A program made the translations under genes and the position numbers. From assembly GCA_965198225.1 (NCBI GenBank), contig CBDAOY010000007.1:384001-448000 (forward strand): a stretch of DNA of 64,000 bases, given 5' to 3'. The notes under the pieces were generated by a model. The model saw only the letters and a program-made list of their open reading frames with translations. It was not told where the DNA came from and made no database searches. This DNA comes from Terriglobia bacterium. GTDB taxonomy: Bacteria > Acidobacteriota > Terriglobia > 20CM-2-55-15. Below are positions 60,162-64,000 of the stretch, in pieces; position 1 is the first letter of the stretch; each line of letters begins with the position of its first letter.

Positions 60162-60785
60162 ATGAGGAAGCAAGCTGGCAGGTGGCTTGCGATGGCCGCC
60201 GTAGTGGTCGTGTCTTTCGGGATGGCGGCATGCGCCGACGAACAGGGTGAGAATACTGATGGGGCGAGTGGTTCCGGCGTCGCGCTCGAGGCCGAAGGTG
60301 AGCGGGCGGGTCCCGAGGCCGATGGCGAGCAAGCCGGGTCCGAAGGCGAAGGTGAGCACGGTGGGTCTGAAGGCGAAGGTGAGCACGGTGGGTCCGAAGG
60401 CGAAGGTGAGCACGGTGGGTCCGAAGGCGAAGGTGGTCCGAATTCTTCGGGCGAAGGTGAGCATGGCGAAGGGGAGGAGGGAGAAGAGTCGGGCGAGTAT
60501 ATCGGGCGGGAGGATACCTGGGACGCGACACGGAGAGGGGCGAGGCTCGTTTTGTCCCTCGATCCCGCGTCAAACGCCTTCGTAGGCACAGTCGAAAACA
60601 CGACCGGACAGACGCTCTGTGCCGTTCGAGTCGAGATCCACCTGTCTACGGGCATCGAGCTGGGCCCAACGGAGCGAACGGATCTTCCCTCCGGCGAAAC
60701 GACAGTCGTGGAGTTGTCGACCGAAGGAGAGGCTTTCGACACCTGGACAGCCCACCCCGAGGTCTCGTCCTGTGCCGGCGGGTAA
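60162..60785 (+). CDS. Lipoprotein with Glu/Gly/His-rich tandem repeats
   Basis: Lipobox MAAC; 27-bp repeats encoding GSEGEGEHG; small C-terminal beta domain. Confidence 0.75.
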   Translation: MRKQAGRWLAMAAVVVVSFGMAACADEQGENTDGASGSGVALEAEGERAGPEADGEQAGSEGEGEHGGSEGEGEHGGSEGEGEHGGSEGEGGPNSSGEGEHGEGEEGEESGEYIGREDTWDATRRGARLVLSLDPASNAFVGTVENTTGQTLCAVRVEIHLSTGIELGPTERTDLPSGETTVVELSTEGEAFDTWTAHPEVSSCAGG

Positions 60786-60836
60786 AGGCGGGATCGCTCT
60801 AGACGGTCCGTTCGATCGTCCATGTCGAGGAGCGAG

Positions 60837-61352
60837 TCACACCACCGAGTATTCCAGCGCAACCGTGCCCGTCTTCTCGTAAATCGTGTGCGTGGTCAGC
60901 TTGAGCCTAGCCTCCGAAGCCGGGCTGGGCAGAAGTGGCAAACCATCACCGAGTAGCACGGGGATGATCGCCACCTCGACCGAATCCACCAGCCCGAGCT
61001 GCAGTAGGCTGCCAAACAATGAGCCGCAGCCAAAGAGCCAGATGTCCTTACCCGGTGTCGCCTTGACCGCAGCCAACGTCTCTGCCGGGTTGTCCGACAC
61101 AGTCATACCTGGACAGTCTTCCTGGCGCAACGTGCGCGAGAAGACGTAGGCCTGCACCCCGGGCATTCCACCACCACCGCCCTGCTGGCGCGTCGCCTCG
61201 TAGGTTTTCCGGCCCAGGAGCACCGTGTCGAAAGCGCTCATGAGCGCCCCGAAGTCGATGTCTGGATCCACGATGATCCAGTCGCTTTCTCCCTTGGGTC
61301 CTGCGATGTACCCGTCGAGGCTCATGGCCACCGAGAATCGTACGCGTCTCAT
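60837..61352 (-). CDS. Dihydrofolate reductase-like (RibD_C) protein
   Basis: AMSLDGYIA, LGRKTY, IIPVLLGDG. Confidence 0.9.
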   Translation of the reverse strand: MRRVRFSVAMSLDGYIAGPKGESDWIIVDPDIDFGALMSAFDTVLLGRKTYEATRQQGGGGGMPGVQAYVFSRTLRQEDCPGMTVSDNPAETLAAVKATPGKDIWLFGCGSLFGSLLQLGLVDSVEVAIIPVLLGDGLPLLPSPASEARLKLTTHTIYEKTGTVALEYSVV

Positions 61353-61397
61353 AGCCCCCTCCCGTGACTTCACTCTCCCGATCATCCACAACGGGCA

Positions 61398-62459
61398 TTA
61401 GTCACCGCGGAGATACTCCTTGCGGAGCTTGGCGACGACGGTGAAGTGCGGGTCCACCACGTTGGCAATCTCATATTCCATGACGTGTCCGAGCAACAGT
61501 CCGGAGGCTCGCTCGTCGAACCCGTAGTCGGCAATGAGCCAGCTTTGGAGCTCGGTCGTGGCGTGCTGCAGTGCCTGCAGGAGCGGCCGCGCGCTGCCAA
61601 GCACCATGATGTAGTCTTCGTTTTCCAGACGCGGCCAGTTGATCGTCTTGCCCTTGACCAGGTCCACCGAAAACTCGACGTCCATCGACACCTCCAGCGC
61701 GTTCCCGGCTACTTCGCCGTGACCCTGCCGAGCGTGACCGTCGCCGACGAAGAGCAGCGCTCCGGGCTCATAGACCGGGAGCATCAAAGTCACGCCCTCG
61801 ACCAGCCCGAAATAGTCCATGTTCCCGCCGAACTCGCCCGGGGTTGCGGTGAAGACCGCTTCCTTGTTCGGCGGCGCCACTGCGACACAGCCGAGCATCG
61901 GCACCAGAGGGACTTCGATAACGGACGGTTGCAGGTCCGGGGTTGTCGTCCGCGCGACCCCCTCGGCCAGATCAAGCTCCCAGACCTCGCAACGCGGTGA
62001 ATCCAGGTCCACGCATGGCTGTACCTCGGGGACTCTGCCCCCCTGCGAACGCAGGTAGAAAGGGTCGGCCGCGTACGGGGCCAGCACCTGAGCGGACCAG
62101 GCGGTCGTTCGGTTTGGCTCGATCTTTTCGATTTGCACCACCAACATGTCCCCGGGCTCCGCGCCCTCGACGTAGAAAGGTCCGGTCTGCGGGTTCCACC
62201 TCCCGGCGACTTCGGTCTCGTTCTCATCGAAGCCACGCGCGTCGATCGTCTTCGTGATCACCCTGTCGCCCGGAGCGATACGTAGTACCGGTTCATGTGC
62301 GAAGGAGAACGTGTTGAAGTAGTGATCCGCCTGAAAACGATGTGTCTGACCACTCGCCTGCTGCGGTGCCGGCGCGGCAGGTTCGGCAGCCGGCAGGAGT
62401 CCTGCCAGCAAAACGAGTAACAGCGTTGTATACACGACCTGAGCTGCTGTTCGGTTCAT
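61398..62459 (-). CDS. Acetamidase/formamidase family protein, secreted
   Basis: TGPFYVEGAEPGD, FGGNMD, GDGHARQGHGE. Confidence 0.9.
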   Translation of the reverse strand: MNRTAAQVVYTTLLLVLLAGLLPAAEPAAPAPQQASGQTHRFQADHYFNTFSFAHEPVLRIAPGDRVITKTIDARGFDENETEVAGRWNPQTGPFYVEGAEPGDMLVVQIEKIEPNRTTAWSAQVLAPYAADPFYLRSQGGRVPEVQPCVDLDSPRCEVWELDLAEGVARTTTPDLQPSVIEVPLVPMLGCVAVAPPNKEAVFTATPGEFGGNMDYFGLVEGVTLMLPVYEPGALLFVGDGHARQGHGEVAGNALEVSMDVEFSVDLVKGKTINWPRLENEDYIMVLGSARPLLQALQHATTELQSWLIADYGFDERASGLLLGHVMEYEIANVVDPHFTVVAKLRKEYLRGD

Positions 62460-62545
62460 TTGCTCCTCCCGAAGGTTGTATTGATGAGTACGGAAGCAAG
62501 CCTATATTGCTTCAACGTGTCGCGTATTGACAGCCTTCTGTGCGA

Positions 62546-62671
62546 GTGTAGGTGCGCTCTATGAGCGCACCTCCGTTTCGGATCGAAGAAATGTGCGGTC
62601 ACAGACCGCACCTACACCTCCTTCACGTTGTTTCGGATCGAAGAATGTGCGGTCATAGACCGCACCTACAC
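62546..62671. repeat. REP doublet 62546-62617 plus extra half 62646-62671
   Basis: Same REP motifs. Confidence 0.82.
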
Positions 62672-62769
62672 CTTTTGGTACGGACTTCTCTTTGACCCCA
62701 GGCTCCGCCTTTTATAGACTCCTGCAAACGATCCTTGGATAAACGAGTAACTTCCAGCGAGAGGAAGCC

Positions 62770-64000
62770 ATGGTCCTTCGCCTTGCCCTGTTCGCGGCCC
62801 TGCTCGGGGTAGCGCAAGCTCCCGAGCCGATCCCCAACGAGTCCCTGTTTCGAGCCATCCAGCGCGCGGACAGCGCCGAAGTGGATCGGCTGCTCCAGAG
62901 CGGCGTCAGTCCCAATGCGGTGAACGCGGGCGGCGATCCCGCGCTCATGGTGGCCACGTTGTTCGCCGACGTCGAATCTATGGAAGTACTCCTCCGGTAC
63001 GGCGCCGATCCCAGACAGGCGAACGGAGTCGGTTCGACGCCGCTGATGTGGGCCATTCCCAACCTGGATAAGGTCCGGCTCCTGATCGACCACGGCGCCG
63101 ATGTCAACGCGCGGACCTCGACGCTGGAACGAACCCCCTTCCTGATCGCCTCCAGCTACCCGGGTTCGGCAGAAGTGCTGGGCCTGCTCGTCGCTCATGG
63201 TGCCGACATCCGTGCCACCGATGCGGGCGGAGCGGATGCCCTGCGCTTGGCGATTCGATCGGCCGACGCCGAGGTGGTCCGGTTTCTCGTCGAGAGCGGG
63301 ATCGACCCGAATCAAGGTACCGTGTCCCTAAACCGTCCCCACTTGCCGACCGTCGATTACCTGATGTCGGCTGGCCTGAAGGTCGGCGAGAACTCGTTGA
63401 TCGGCGCAACGAACTGGCAGGATCCCGCGCTGATCGCGAGCTGGGTCGAGATGGGAGCCGACGTCAACGCCAGAAGCGCGAATTACGGGAGGACCCCGTT
63501 GATGGTCGCGGCCGCTTCGGAACTCGCCGGTCCGGCAACCTTGAAGCTACTCCTCGACCTGGGCGCCGACCCGAACGCCGAGAGTACCGAAGGCGAACGG
63601 CCGTTGGACTGGGCGGTCTACAGGGACGCCCAGGGGAAGATCGAGGTTCTGGAACAGTACGGTGCGAGGCGGGGCGACGGTCCGCGCGCACGGACGTTTG
63701 ATGCCCCGGACGGCATCGATGATCCACGTGTTTCTTTGAGGCGGAGTGTGTCGCTGCTGCTGGCGTCATCACCGCCGATGTTCGACAACGTCGGATGCGT
63801 CACCTGCCACAACAACACGCTGCCGGGGCTCGCGGCAGCAACCGCGCGGCGGAAAGACATCGACGTAGACGAGCGGCTGGTTCGGGAAAACCTGGATGAC
63901 ATCCTGGCTGTCTACGGACCCGGCGCCGACGACATGATGCAGGGCCGGCAGGCGATCGGCGGGATCGGGCTGACCATCGGCTATGTCGCGATGGCACTGG
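62770..64000 (+). CDS. Secreted ankyrin-repeat protein with CxxCH (runs off the window end)
   Basis: Translated by hand: MVLRLALFAALLG..GSTPLMWA..RTPFLIA..GRTPLMVAA..GCVTCHNN; not in the ORF track because it has no stop in the window. Confidence 0.8.
   Translation, partial: MVLRLALFAALLGVAQAPEPIPNESLFRAIQRADSAEVDRLLQSGVSPNAVNAGGDPALMVATLFADVESMEVLLRYGADPRQANGVGSTPLMWAIPNLDKVRLLIDHGADVNARTSTLERTPFLIASSYPGSAEVLGLLVAHGADIRATDAGGADALRLAIRSADAEVVRFLVESGIDPNQGTVSLNRPHLPTVDYLMSAGLKVGENSLIGATNWQDPALIASWVEMGADVNARSANYGRTPLMVAAASELAGPATLKLLLDLGADPNAESTEGERPLDWAVYRDAQGKIEVLEQYGARRGDGPRARTFDAPDGIDDPRVSLRRSVSLLLASSPPMFDNVGCVTCHNNTLPGLAAATARRKDIDVDERLVRENLDDILAVYGPGADDMMQGRQAIGGIGLTIGYVAMAL

Overview
GC-rich bacterial window; gene content suggests Acidobacteriota, which is inference only. 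It holds mostly secreted hydrolases/peptidases and housekeeping genes (rhlE, ald, gdhA, ptrB, MoxR), interspersed with mobile DNA: an intact IS256 splitting rhlE, an intact IS5, remnants of IS6, IS91-like and DDE/tyrosine integrases, a tRNA-Leu att-like fragment and about 15 GTAG-family REP sites. Two TIR-TM-WD40 receptor-like genes are present. The most notable signal is a pair of paralogous, unannotated minus-strand loci (~39190-39720 and ~43075-43410). Each has a sigma70-like promoter, a 5'/3' closing helix, a conserved core, a U-tract, and a variable number (7 vs 3) of ~51-nt hairpin arms capped by GNRA tetraloops, with compensatory base changes. I read these as a candidate multi-arm structured ncRNA family; they flank one TIR-WD40 gene. 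All calls come from manual reading; no database searches were run.
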